Positions 38,501-50,784 of a stretch of DNA of 64,000 nucleotides are shown one piece after another. The notes below the pieces were generated by a model, which saw only the letters and a list, made by a program, of their open reading frames with translations, was not told the origin of the DNA and ran no database searches. This DNA is from Cenococcum geophilum (lineage: Eukaryota). The stretch lies in assembly GCA_050273025.1 (NCBI GenBank), contig CP158635.1:4588001-4652000 (forward strand). Direction: 5' to 3'. A program made the position numbers and the translations under genes. Each line of letters begins with the position of its first letter. Positions within the stretch are counted from its first letter, which is position 1.

Positions 38501-40500
38501 AGATTATATTAGACAGAGATTTAAGATTTATAACAGCATTTTAGGAGGTATTCTTAGCGGAATAAGGAGTTAGAGTAGTAACTTCTACTATATATTATTT
38601 ATAGACAGACGGTTAAACAGAAAGACTAAACTAGACACTAGAGTAGTATCTAAAGCACTATATTAATTATACACAAAATAATTGGGTATCGCTATTACTA
38701 GTTATATACTACAACACCATAAAAAGAAATAGGCATATTACTATTTAAGGCAAATTATGGGTATAAGCCAAAAATATTATTGTTACTACAGTAAGCGAAG
38801 AAAATAAGTAGTATAGCTAAAGAAAGAATAAAGACGTTAATAAATCTTTATATAGACCTTATAGAATTAGTAAAGAAAGTATAAGAGAGAATAAAAAAGT
38901 ACTATAATATTAAGAGATCTAAGGGACTAGATCTTAAGGAGGGAGATAAAGTGTAGCTACTATATAAAAATTTTAAAAGTTAATAACTAAGTAAGAAGTT
39001 AGACTATATTAGACTAGGACCTTTTAAAATTATATTTTACTGGTTATATTTAAGTTAAACCTACTAGCTAAGATAAAGATCTACCCTATATAGCATATTG
39101 CAATACTAGAGCCAGTATATAGGAATATTAAGCCACTAGTTTATAAAGTAGACACGTATAGAGGATAAGAGGAAGACAAATAATAAGTTTCGAAGATTGT
39201 TAGTTATAAGGACATCGATAATAAAATATAGTATAAGGTTAAGTGGATAGGCTATACTAAGACTACCTAGGAACTACTAAAAAATTTAAAAAACGCTATA
39301 GGAAAGGCATAGAAGTATCGGAAGAGATTAGGTTAGGTAGTATTAATAAAGAAGGATTACTAAAGAATAAGTTACCTAGGGGGGACCTAAGAGGAGTAGT
39401 TACTAAACTATTTAGATCTGTTTCCTTCTTAGCCGGAAAAAAGTCCGTTCTTTTATTACTAAGTTCCTATAAACCTTATTCTATAAGTTTCTACTTTTTA
39501 GAATAAACCTTCTTATAACCCTTTTTAAGACGGATTAACTAAGTAAATACCGCAAGACGAGACTTAAGGGCCCGTTGCTAAGCATCGGCAGCCTCCCGTT
39601 TAGCGTCTTAGGAACGGCGCAACTTTGCCAAAGTAATAGATAGTTTATTATCCAGCCGCGTAGCAGTAAATTAAATACGAGATCCTAAGATAAATTAATT
39701 AGGGAACTAGATGACTACTAAAAGTAATAAGTTATATATATTTAGCATTAGAGATAGAGCGAACGTTATAAGACAAACGAATATTTGCTTTAGTATACTC
39801 TAAATAAAAAAACAGTTATTGCAAAGATAGGTTCGCTAACGCAATATAGACTAACCCCTCTTTTACACAGCAAGAATATGGAGATAGTATAATCTTACTA
39901 AGAGATAGTATTATAGTAATAATACGAATACAACAAGCGGTTAAGGAAGAAGAAATTGCTTTAAGTATAATAAGCAATAATATTAACCAAATTAATTAGA
40001 TAGATATTATACCTCTAGTAAACGACTTAGAGATATTTAGAATCTTTAAGGACAAAGATAAAAAGGAGGGAGATGGTATTATGGACGCTTTAAGTATAAT
40101 ATTATAACTACTTAGGGAAAAGTTGGATAAAGCTAGTTAGTTAATTAAAGTACGGTTTAGGATAGAGCTAATAAAGCTATATAACGAGGAATGGTAACCA
40201 AGGTCACGTAAGGTAATCTATATAATCTATAGGATCTGCGTAATCCGCGATAGAGTAGATAGAGTATACGTATATTATATATAAGAAGGATTTTATAGGA
40301 GTACGGTTGTATATTTAAGGACCTTTAATCTCTACCTAGATAGTTCCTTCCTTATAGTGATTCTTAGAATATAATTAGAGTTAATCTATTAGGCAACCAC
40401 TCCACCAGTTATTATTGCGTTATTAACTTTAATTTATATCACCTATACACCTAGCCTAATAATAAGCCTACTATAGTACTTGCTATAAGGTTCCATTACA
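32572..40500 (+). mobile_element. Gypsy chromovirus C with two 424-bp LTRs (32572-32995, 40077-40500)
   Basis: Matching LTRs TGTTACGG...ATTACA. PPT AAAAAGGAGGGAGATGG precedes 40077. Gag knuckle ~34045-34085, ALIDSGA ~36082-36102, RT YLDDIIIY ~37048-37071, RNase H, integrase, and chromodomain (WYEVKWxGYxETTWEP) ~39180-39300. Flanks do not form a TSD. Confidence 0.92.
39400..39912 (-). pseudogene. Antisense accessory gene inside chromovirus C: six-Cys (Zn2Cys6-like) domain plus coiled coil
   Basis: Raw frame ILSLSKIILSPYSCCVKEGLVYIALANLSLQ*LFFYLEYTKANIRLSYNVRSISNAK de-RIPs to PCSRCVKEGLVCIALAxPSSRQPSSCSECTKANIRSSCDVRSVSDAE. Then an intron-like stretch (CTAAT..TTAG at ~39685-39700) and ARLDxxLSxTLAKLRRSQDAxREAADAQQRAL. 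Confidence 0.6.
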
Positions 40501-43500
40501 GGCTTGCTTTAAAGTAATTACTAGAAGAAGTGCTACGTTTGTAAAAAGCCAAATTACTAGTTAACTAGATACTCCCTTAATAAGCAAAAAAAGGCATATA
40601 ATAAGTTCCGTTAGAGTATAAGAAATGTTAGAAATTATAAAGTTATTATAGCCTACTTTTAAAGCTTTCTAGTTTAATATAAAGGCGTAGAAAATCTTAA
40701 GGGTAAGGTTAATAAGACTAAACAGCTCCTTATAGATATAGAAATTAAGGACTATTTACCTAACTAATACTTTACTAAGTATAGTAAGGTAAATGGTATA
40801 TAAACCGTTACTATTCTTAATAACTAATCTACGCTCCATTCTATTATAAAGTTAGATATCTTTAATAAGCCAAAGAAGAGCTTCGCGTTTTCCTTTAACG
40901 ACAAATACTTGGCAAATGTCTTCTATAGTATTATACCGGATACTAAAGCCGCAGGAGTATCTATAGTAGGAGAACCTTAAGTTTAAGCCCTTTAGTAGCT
41001 TAATAGCTCTATTTAAATTGACTATTTAACAGCAGGCCAACACACAATTTGTTTTAGTAAGGGTACTACTATCTCTCTTAGTATAATTAGGGTTTAAACC
41101 CCCTTAGGGTATATTACTTTTTATATTATTCCTATAAACACCCCATTTCTATTTTATATTAAAGATATAAATAAACTAGGCGTTAAGCTTAATAACCTTA
41201 AGAATATGCTCGTGTAAGGAGATAATTAGATGCCTATTATACGTAAGTAGGGTTACCCTTAGCTACTCCTTTAATAACTAGAAAAGAGTATTGCTTAAAG
41301 CTATTTAACTAAATTAAAGTTACGCCAACTATACCGTTATTTTAGTTACCTATTAGTTTACTAATTACTTAGGGTTCTTTAGTAAGTAGGCTATAAAGTT
41401 AAGGTTAAGGCAATTAAGTATCTTATAAAATACTACTACCACTGCTAAATAAACTAGAGGTCCCCTAGCCGATTTAAGTTCACCCTTAAAGATAACTATA
41501 ACTTTAACTTCTATATTATTATTAACGTTATATATCTTAGCAGCAAGCTAGTATTTTAAGTTATTAACTTCTTAACCTCCTTTTAAGCCGCATAATTCTT
41601 GAAGGATATATTAGCTAGAAACGTATAGGATACCCTTTAGTTATACTAGATTAATGTCTACCTAAGACCCCCTAATTAAATTGTCTATAATATAAAAAAG
41701 AACTTCTTATCTATAGAGTTCTGATAATAAATAAAGGCAATAGCAATTAAGGTTAAGGAAGTCCCTATTAAGGTATATAATAGTATTAAAAAAGTAGAGC
41801 GATATTACGCGCTATTACGCCGTATATATAAGATTATCTCTTTAAAACTAAAGGATGCTAGTAAAGAACTTACCTTATAAATGGCTATTAAAGCTATTAA
41901 TAATTCCGCTAGCCCGGATAGACTTATACCTATATTACTAGTCTTTAGCGCCTACCTATAAATAACTAATAATTCTCTACTATCTCCCTCTATTATATAA
42001 TAAGCTAAGGTAATTTATAAGGCAATAAAGGAGGTATAACGCCTCTATGCTATATGCTAGGTTAATAATATACTAGGAATAAGAAATGGCCTAAATACCT
42101 TAACTATAATTAATCTACTACTCTAGTCTAAGGTACGCGTATAGCGTAAAAAGGGAAAATAGTTAGGCCTATATTAACTTATTACAATTAATAGTTAAAC
42201 TTATACTATTTAGATGCCTTATAAACCCACTTAATTCCATTTAACTGTTATTAAGCCTTACTATAAAGATAACAATTCTAAGCCTTTATAGGATGCCCTA
42301 AAAGATGCTTTAGAAGAGAACTATAATTAATATACTCTAGAAGGCGACTACAATCCTAATATAATTATAGTAGATGCGCCATAACCACGATACGGTAGAG
42401 GTCGCCTAAAGGGATCATGAAATTACTAACATTTTATTAATTTTAAAGAATAATTTATTGCCGCTATTAAGAATAGAGTTAAGTTATTAATAGCCTTTAT
42501 AACAGCTAAAGAGAAGGCTGACTTTAAGCTCGTAAAATAGCTCTAAAAGGAAGGTTATATTATAACCCTAAAAGCTCCTTTCTAGGCATCTAATAAGCAG
42601 GAGATTAACGGTCTTATTATAAGAGGAGTCTTTAAATTTAAAAAGTATAACCCTACTAAGTTTAATAAAGTTCGTATATTTAAGTTAAGGATAGTTAATA
42701 AGATTAAGGGCAAAGCTACTAATACCCTATTTAAGAAATTAAGGCTTATTATCTAAGGTTATAATAATAATAGTAAAGAGATAATTCTTATATAATTTCC
42801 TATAATTTAACGAGCTAGTTAGTGAGTCATTATTATATTAGCTCCCTCCTTAATAAAGGATAGAATAGCGGTTTGTTTATAAGATATTACTTAAGCCTAC
42901 ACCTAATTAGAGACGTATCTTTAGCGCTTAATATTAGCATACCTTCTGGAGTAAATTCGCCACTAGTATCCTAAAGATATAATTATAGTTATGCTTAAGC
43001 CATTATATAAAATCGCAGAGGTAGGAACTTACTAGTAAGCTACCTATAGCAAGCACTATAAAGAGAAGCTTTTAATAACTACTTCTATATTTAATCCCTA
43101 CTTCCTTATTATAACTACAGGAACCCTATTTAGAATTATTGGTATATAAACTAATAATATAATTATCTTAGGAGACGACTAATTTTTAGCTTTTAAAGAG
43201 GATAAGCTAGTAAAGGCAAATCTTATAGTAAAGCTAAAGGAAAAGCTTAATTTAATAATACTATTACTTTTTAATGGATATATACTCTCCCTAAATAAGG
43301 ATTCTATTGCTTTGCGCTAGAAGGGTTAAGGTAAGAAGATTAACGTTATTAATATAAATTCCCTAAAGTAAGGATATGTGGAGCAACGCGCTCGCGGAGC
43401 TTATATTACTTCTATCTATTAACCTAAGGCTTTATTTAATCTCTTTATTACTACCTAATACTAGAAACTAACTAAGGATAACGTTCTTACCCTAAATAAA

Positions 43501-44676
43501 TATCTTTCCTAGTAAATAAACTATCTTAATTAGGGATTACTTTACGTGCCTATTAATCTTCCTACCACTAAGCTCTTTATATTTGTTAATGGATTGTTTA
43601 TAAATAATAAAGATTTTAGCTCCTAGTTAGGATATAAAATTATTATTACAAATAAATTTACTAAAGAGAATGACTTTATAATCTATAGCAATCTTATTTA
43701 TTAGAGCTTAACTAAGAGCAAGCGCGTTACCTAAAGTATTTTAGTATTAGAGATATATAGAATAGTTAGCGGAGTTAATATAGTAATTGCAATTAGAACT
43801 ACCCTAAAGATAATTATAGATTAACTCAAACTTCCCGTTATCCCTATAATTGTATATACCAACTTATATTCCCTCTATAAGTGTTTAGTTAAGCTTAATA
43901 CTATAAAGGAGAAGCGCCTTATAATCGATATTATGGCACTCTAGTAATCCTATAAGCGTTAAGAACTCTTTAAAATTTAATAGATTAATGGCTAAGATAA
44001 CCTAGCAGATATAATAATAAAGGCGAACCTAAATAAGGCACTAGAGACGTTTATTAATATAAATACTCTATATATATAAGTTAAAGGTTAGGTTAAAAGG
44101 GAGTCCCTAGAAATTTCTTAGTTATATAAGGTCTTAAGATATCCAGGAACTTTAACCGCCAGTTAAAGTTGTCTAATTGGTTAGATTCTCTTACTAAGAC
44201 TTTTTTAGAGGGGGGAGTATAACATTCTATAGACCCTAACTTAACCTAGCCAATTAGGATTTTCTATCCCTAGGATAGAAAATAGCTATTAGCTCGCTTA
44301 TTACTAGCGCCTTGGCGGCCCTCCGAATAAGATATCTACTTATAACTTCTAAGTAAGAAAGCACTACGTGCTAAGAGGCAGATTTTAGAATAGCGAGACT
44401 TATATTATAATGGCAATAGTAAGTAAGGAGGATTGATATTTATTACGCTAGTTAAGCGGTATATCTATGTAGATGGCAACCGTAAAAGAAGAGTTGCTAG
44501 TGTTGGGAATATAGGCAAGTTGCCGTTACATGCGGCAAGCTGCCGTTACGTGTCGCCTCGGCACTAGCGTGGCGAGGAGCCTTAAGCTCCTCGCCCTCCC
44601 TTATTAAGACGAACAGAATCAATTATCATACTATCTACGAACCGTAGCTACGTAATATCACCTTATATAACCAACA
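40501..44676 (+). mobile_element. Copia element D (GalEa-like), 3' portion: gag end, integrase, RT, RNase H, 3' LTR (44501-44676)
   Basis: Collinear with 56489-58057 and 63417-64000. De-RIP RNase H FVDGSFxNNKDFSSQLGY...KEKRLMIDIMALRQSYERRE...NPADxMTK. PPT AAAAGAAGAG then LTR TGTTGGGAAT...ACCAACA. Confidence 0.9.
44218..44409 (+). mobile_element. Possible LTR with preceding PPT (3' end fragment of another LTR element) inside the Copia D 3' region
   Basis: AGAGGGGGGAG immediately followed by TATAAC... and ending ...ATTATA (RIP-modified TG...CA). Internal hairpin TTTTCTATCC-CTA-GGATAGAAAA. No partner copy in the window. Confidence 0.35.
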
Positions 44677-44721
44677 GCTAAGTTTAGGGGCTAACCAATT
44701 TCTAGGGGTCTAAGCTTATAG

Positions 44722-44969
44722 TATAGTGGGGTAAAATGGGCCACTACTTAGTGCCTTAGTATTTTCCTGTATATACCAAGCCTTCGGCTTCTCTCCTTCT
44801 TTAGATTACGACCTACCGGAATATATTCTTTCCTTTCTTCTTACTAACTGCTTTCCTACTAATTAATTACAACTAATAACCGACCGACCGACTGACCGAC
44901 CTAATGGCCGACCGACAGACAGACAGCATTGTGACTTCCTATCTAAGAGGGACCGCGTCTACTACTATA
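44722..44969. mobile_element. Solo LTR related to 9549-9812, 4-bp TSD ATAG
   Basis: Shares AGCCTTCGGCTT, ACCGGAA and GACAGACAG..TGTGACTT blocks with the first solo LTR. ATAG at 44718-44721 and 44970-44973. Confidence 0.8.
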
Positions 44970-44973
44970 ATAG

Positions 44974-45541
44974 TTAGGTATAGGGATAACGTAGTAGTTA
45001 GAGAGGTAGGAGCTACATCTATATTTAAAGTAGAGGCCTAGCTTAGTGCGTTATTCTTATTTAAAGGACCTTAGTAAGGCGTATTCTAGGGTCCTAGTAT
45101 TAATATCTATAGCGTTAAGGCAGTTAGGCTAAGATAATAACTTAATAAACGTTTATAGGGTTGTTATATTATATTAAGAAGCGGGCTTCGGTGCTAGGCG
45201 TAGTATATTATTATACTATTTATTAATAATATTTATGTAGGCATTAAGGGCTCCTAGTAGGTTTACGCCTATTAGGGATGTTTTTAGTTTAGGGCTTAAG
45301 GTTTTAATAAGGCTGCTAATTAGTATAGAGTTATTCTAGCCTATTACCCTTGTATAGTAGTTAAATTTAGAGAAGTATATTAGGAAACTTTTTGTTCCTT
45401 AAGCTATATAGTTTATCTTTCTCTAAGTAGTAGCTTAGCAGTTTAGGTTACTATATATAGCTTTATACTAAGTTTAGCTAAAAGGGTTTAATAATATTGG
45501 CTATCTTTCCTCCTAGTTAACTTAGGGCGTAATAGAGTTAG
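44974..45541 (-). mobile_element. Gypsy gag fragment
   Basis: Minus-strand de-RIP PDAMDID...RTKLGLCFKCGxxxHxxxxC (~45120-44990). Confidence 0.6.
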
Positions 45542-45927
45542 TATAACGGGACTAACCTGGTTACAGTAGGAATGTCTTAATAAAACACTTAACAGATAAA
45601 TTTTAACGTTTTAACTAAATTCTACCGAATTTTGCTAGCTTAATTAACTTCTACCAAGTTTTACTAGATTAATTAAATTCTACTAAAGTCCGTTAAAGAC
45701 TGCGTATATATATACGCACGTATTAACCACTAAGACCCCTAATTATTTAATTATAAGATTCTCTTGTTATTCCTTTCTCTTCTTTACGCAACGTCTTATA
45801 CTCTACAAGAGCTATATACCCTTAAATTTAGATAAAATTTAGATTATTCCTTTAAATCTTCCCTAAAGCCTCTTCGCGCCCTTATATTATATTGTGTTAA
45901 AATAACTATTATTAAAATAGTAAACAA
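45542..45927 (+). mobile_element. Family-B LTR (45542-45885) plus ~40 bp of internal 5' sequence, truncated
   Basis: Direct repeat of 27856-28201 with an extra ~40-bp internal duplication. Similarity stops after AAAATAGTAAACAA. Confidence 0.8.
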
Positions 45928-46239
45928 TCAGACGGCAAGCCTGCATCAGGAAATGGACGCTCCCCGTTTGGGTAATCCGCGCCTCGCTTACGACTTTCGC
46001 GCTACACCCCAACTGGCAATCTTCCTCGACGACCAACCATAAAAGGCCCTCCCTTCGCCGTCTTTTATCCTCCATCCTTCTCAACTTTTTCTCTCTACTC
46101 TCTCCCTTCCCCCCCTCACTCTTCTGCCGTCCGTCCCAGCCGCCCTCTCCATTGTGCCCCAATCATCTATCGTAAGGCTTTTTTATTATTATCAAACTCT
46201 ACCACAGCACATACACTGTCCCTAACTCTGCTTCTGTTA

Positions 46240-49200
46240 CAGTGATAGAACTGGATTGGAGGCTATTTGGAGCTCCAGATGGAGCACCCCTTTTAGTGGA
46301 TTTAGATCAATTGATTTGATTAGTAGAGTGGCGTGGATTAAAGCTGGTGGAGCTCCTAGAGCTCCACAGCTTATACCTCTTCGGGAGGAGGATTGAGCGT
46401 CTAGTAGTTAGTGCGTAGTAAATAGCCAATTAGTGGTACTCCTTATAGCAGGGCGTTTAAAAATTATAGTCTTAGCCATCTAATATTTGACTCGTGTCTA
46501 TCGTCTAGTCCTTACCGCTGCCTGCCTATATCCAGCGCCCTCCTTAAAGCTCGTCCTCGCTACCTACCTTAGTATTACCACCTCTTCCTTAGTGTTGTTC
46601 GCCATACCCTAGGTACAGCAGCACCTCTTCCCTCTACGCTTATCTTCTGCCTCTAATAATATTATCCTTGCCCTAAAATCAATTAATCTAAATGCCGTTA
46701 ATGCTGTAAAGGATATAAAGGAGTTCTGACTAAACAGTAAGGTGTATATTTGGTGTAGAGCTTTAATAAAGCCAGTACTATATATAAAGTAGCGCACGTC
46801 GCCAATATGGAAATAGGGCGAGGATATTATAGAAAAGGGCGGTAATTAATCTAAGCAGTATTACTACTGCTACCTATATAAGAGGCAGAAGCGTTAGTAA
46901 GAGCTTATAGTTATTTTATCTAGAAGATTAACTGCCCTGGAATACCTTACTAAGGATTATTATATAGATAAGATAATAGGCGAGCTTCTTCTACCAAAGC
47001 CGTCTAATTTAGGATAGCTGATAATTAAGGAGTATCCTAAATAGGCCTCTCTTAATAGGATAAAAACGTTTACTGGCTTTAAGGCGTTGCTCGTGCACTA
47101 GATGATCTACTACCACGTCGCCTTCTTCTAATTTAAAAACGCCTACTTCCGCTAGCTATTATGCTTCCTATATTCGGGGCTTAATAAGCTCTTACCGCGG
47201 GCAGCTTATATAATTAGAAAGTGGGTAATTAAAGTATATAATGCTTATAGGAAGGCCTTAAAGTTGGAGCTCGCCTAGGCTTATAGCGCGATATTAATAT
47301 CCTTCGACTTATAGACGTCACCGAACTCCTACGCAGTCCTTAGTGTTTTAGCCCACTTTATTAATAAGTAGGGTAGGCGACGGTAGGTTATTTTAGGGCT
47401 TCGTAAGGTTCCTGGTGAATATAGCGGCGAGAATATAGCAGCGGCCCTAATTGTCCTATTTAGGGAGTATGGTATCTAGGGCAATATTAGATATTTTATG
47501 GCGGATAACGATAGTATAAATAATAAGTGTATTAACCTTGTTCTTCGAACCCTTTATAAGAATATATTAGTAAAGTAATGGAAGGCTTATCGGCTATGTT
47601 GTTTTAGCTATATTACTAACCTCTATGCTTAATCCTTTATTATAGGGAAAGATGCTAAAAAGGGTTGTAAGGAGCTTAATACTACCTACTAGGAGGGTAA
47701 TATAAGGAAGATTAGAGAGCTCTAGCGCAAGCGGGGGGCTATTAGTTTACTTTACAACCTCGTCCGGTATATTTATATAACCCCTTAGCGCCGTAACTTC
47801 TTTAAAAGGATTAAGATAGGAGGTTTATTGGCCAAATTTAATAGACTATAGGTAGGTGATATTCGCCACCTTATCTAATTAGCTGCGGAGGTGGAATTAT
47901 AATAATCCTTTTTCTACGGTCGCAATCTAACTTACCCTATACACCTCTACTAAAATAATACTAATAAATTTAATAGCTTATCTAAAACAACGCGACACGA
48001 TAGAATTCGCTATTTATGGCAATTGGTCGCTTTTTAAACTACCGCGAACGTATATAGAAGTTCTGCCGTACCTATACGCCCTTACCTAGCTTAAAGCCTC
48101 TTACTAAGGACGATATTTTGCAAGAGCGCCACTGGTAAGAGCTTGGCCACCTTTACGACCACCTTAAAACCTTCTATAAGGCTACTATTATAGTAGAAGG
48201 CAACTAGACAAATATTGGCGACCACTTCACTATATTAGATTGGCTTTTACTCTAGCTTTAAGATGCTAAGCAGAGGTTCCTAGAGCTTGCGAAAATAAAG
48301 CGTTGTTTACCTAATGTAAAGAACTATAAATATTTAGCTAGCTGCGCGGAGGCTGCGTAGATAAAGTGCGAGAAGTACTATTTAAAGGCAGATAAGACGG
48401 CTGCGTACTATGCAGTGATAGTTCTTAATCCGACTTTAAAGCTATAGTGGTTTAATAATAAGTGGGGGGACTACCTAGTAAAGAAGGATTAGATTTAGAG
48501 GGCAGTAGATATAGTAGAAGAGCTTTAGGGTAAATATAAAGGTAAGTGAGTATCTAATAAGTCATCCCCCTTTTTAATAAGAAGCCAAATACTATAACGA
48601 GCTCGCGATTAAACATATAAGATATTTACTTCTGCTAAAGCTTATAAACGCCTTAAGACGGCTTATATATTAGACAACTCCTTTACACCTTTGGCAATTA
48701 ATTACTATAAGGACTATATTAAGACAAATCCTCTACAGCTTACCAAGTATAAGCTTAACGAATTTAACATCATTAAATACTAGAACGACCGCTATTTAAG
48801 CCAGCTTACTCTTACCCGCTTCGCCCTTAATATCCTTACTATACTACCTATATCGGATAAGTGCGAACGGCTGTTTAGTAGCGCTAAGATACTACTTAAG
48901 GACCGCCGCTTGCGGCTTTAGATGGATATAATTAAAGTAAATAAGAGTCTTCGCTACTTGTACGGGCCACTACTAAAAGGGACGTTTAATAATAAGGACG
49001 TGGCGGAGGTAGAGGCTAAGGAGGGGACTATATAGATAGCATTATTTAATAAATACAAAGCCGCAGTCGCAGAGGTTTTAAAGAAGCTGGCTACTTATAA
49101 TAAGGAAGGTGATAAGGCGGAGGCTGAGGCGGACCGTTAAGTGAGTACTACTGGGGGTAGGCCTTTGGCAGAGCAACTAGCTAATCTAAAAGGCGACGAT

Positions 49201-49442
49201 ATTACTAGCGAGGTGGAGGAAGCCAGTAAGGATAGTAGTAAGGATAACAATAAGGATTAAGGGCGTTAAATTAGTGAGATTTGCACCCAAATTCCTTAAC
49301 ACCAAAAGTTTACTAAGACTTATATATATATACTATTAATAGTATAGTTACGTGCTAGAGCTCCTAGAGCTCCACCAGCTATTTACTAGATAGAGTAAAT
49401 TTAAGCCTTAATCCACTCCACTCTAATCCATTTCCATTACTA
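46240..49442 (+). mobile_element. hAT DNA transposon, complete, RIP-degenerate transposase with intron
   Basis: TIRs CAGTGATAGAACTGGATTGGAG / CTCTAATCCATTTCCATTACTA. 8-bp TSD TTCTGTTA / TTCTATTA. Motifs SISFDLWTSPN (~47295-47325), FMADN, RLCCFGHITNL, intron GTAGGT...AATAG (~47852-47976), NNATRWNS and PPISDECERLFS (~48844-48880). Confidence 0.93.
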
Positions 49443-50784
49443 TTCTATTAATCCATTCCTCCCTATCGTCTTATTTCTATATATACTGTACTATCTACTT
49501 CTAGGCACCCTAAGCCGCTGCTGGAGAAGCCGCTTCTAGGCTCGTCCCCGTAAGCAGTTCGTGGATATCTCTCCTCTCTTACACACTCTCCCTATCCTTC
49601 TCTTGTTAACTTTTACTCTCTCCTCTTAGGCGAGTCACGGCTATAGTTAAAGTAGTGATACCTCCTACCAGTCGCATAGTTAGCGCTGGCCTATGCGTTT
49701 AGGAACTTGTTCTCCGCTTTAGGGTTGCTAATAGCATTTGCTGCGCACTACCTAATGCGTATTTTAGCTAAAGAATGCATAGCACTTATGCTATTGTCTT
49801 AGCTCTAATCACCTTACATCGCACTCTTTAACTTTAACCCTTTAGTAGAATACGCTGGCTAATCTACGCCCTATTATCCATGTCCCGTTAGGGCTGGATC
49901 TCTTAGTAATAATATAGCAAGTTACTAGCATAAGGCATTAATTTCGTTCTTATAACCTTTATATTACCATTATAGCCCCTATAGAATGCTCCGCCTTATA
50001 TAAAGTATTTAGCGTTGTTATAATGTTATAATGTAACTAGTAAGGAGCTAGTGCCTAAAAGTTAGCTAATAATAGCTTAGTAATAGTGTTGGGCGCGCTA
50101 TAAGATATAAATAGAGCCCTTTAAGGCAACTGTCTAACCAGTATAGGGTAAGGCCAGCAAGAATTAGTTATTAATGCGCTATCTAATATAGCCTTGTCCT
50201 ATATAAGGGGTTAGCCAATAATTAAAGGATTGGCTAGTAGTTAGCGGTTTTATTTAAAGCAATATGGATCCTTAATTAGCTAAAAGATATAGATAGTAGG
50301 TTATAACGTAGATGGGTATACTAAAATGCGGAGAACGGTCTAGAGGGTTTCTTATAATATTTGCTAGCCAATTGCCTAAGGAGCTATATATACTCTTATT
50401 ATAATAGAGCTTTTACAGCACCTATAAGTATAATATATAATTATCTTAAAGACGCTAAGGGTAATAGGACTTTAAACTGGTCCTTACTGCCCCTAATATA
50501 GGCAGCTCCCTTATACTAACCCCTATGACTAAGCTTTTATACTAAGATACAGTATTTATACGGGTCCCTTATAATTCTACCTTAAATAGCGTTATTAGTA
50601 GCGGTATATAAAGTGACACTCCTTAGCTTAGAGAGGTAGCTATATATCTTAAACTCTAGATTAGCTCCTATTCTTATAACCAGAGAAGCTAGCAGATCTT
50701 AGCACTAAAATAGCCTCCTCTTTTAACACTCTTTTATTTACCCTTTTACTTCCTTTTATAAAATATATTTCTTATATTCCTCTA

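Noticed and set aside
27856..45885. One 18-kb nested element bounded by the two family-B LTRs
   Set aside because: The second LTR is followed by 5' internal sequence, lacks a PPT, and the flanks give no TSD.
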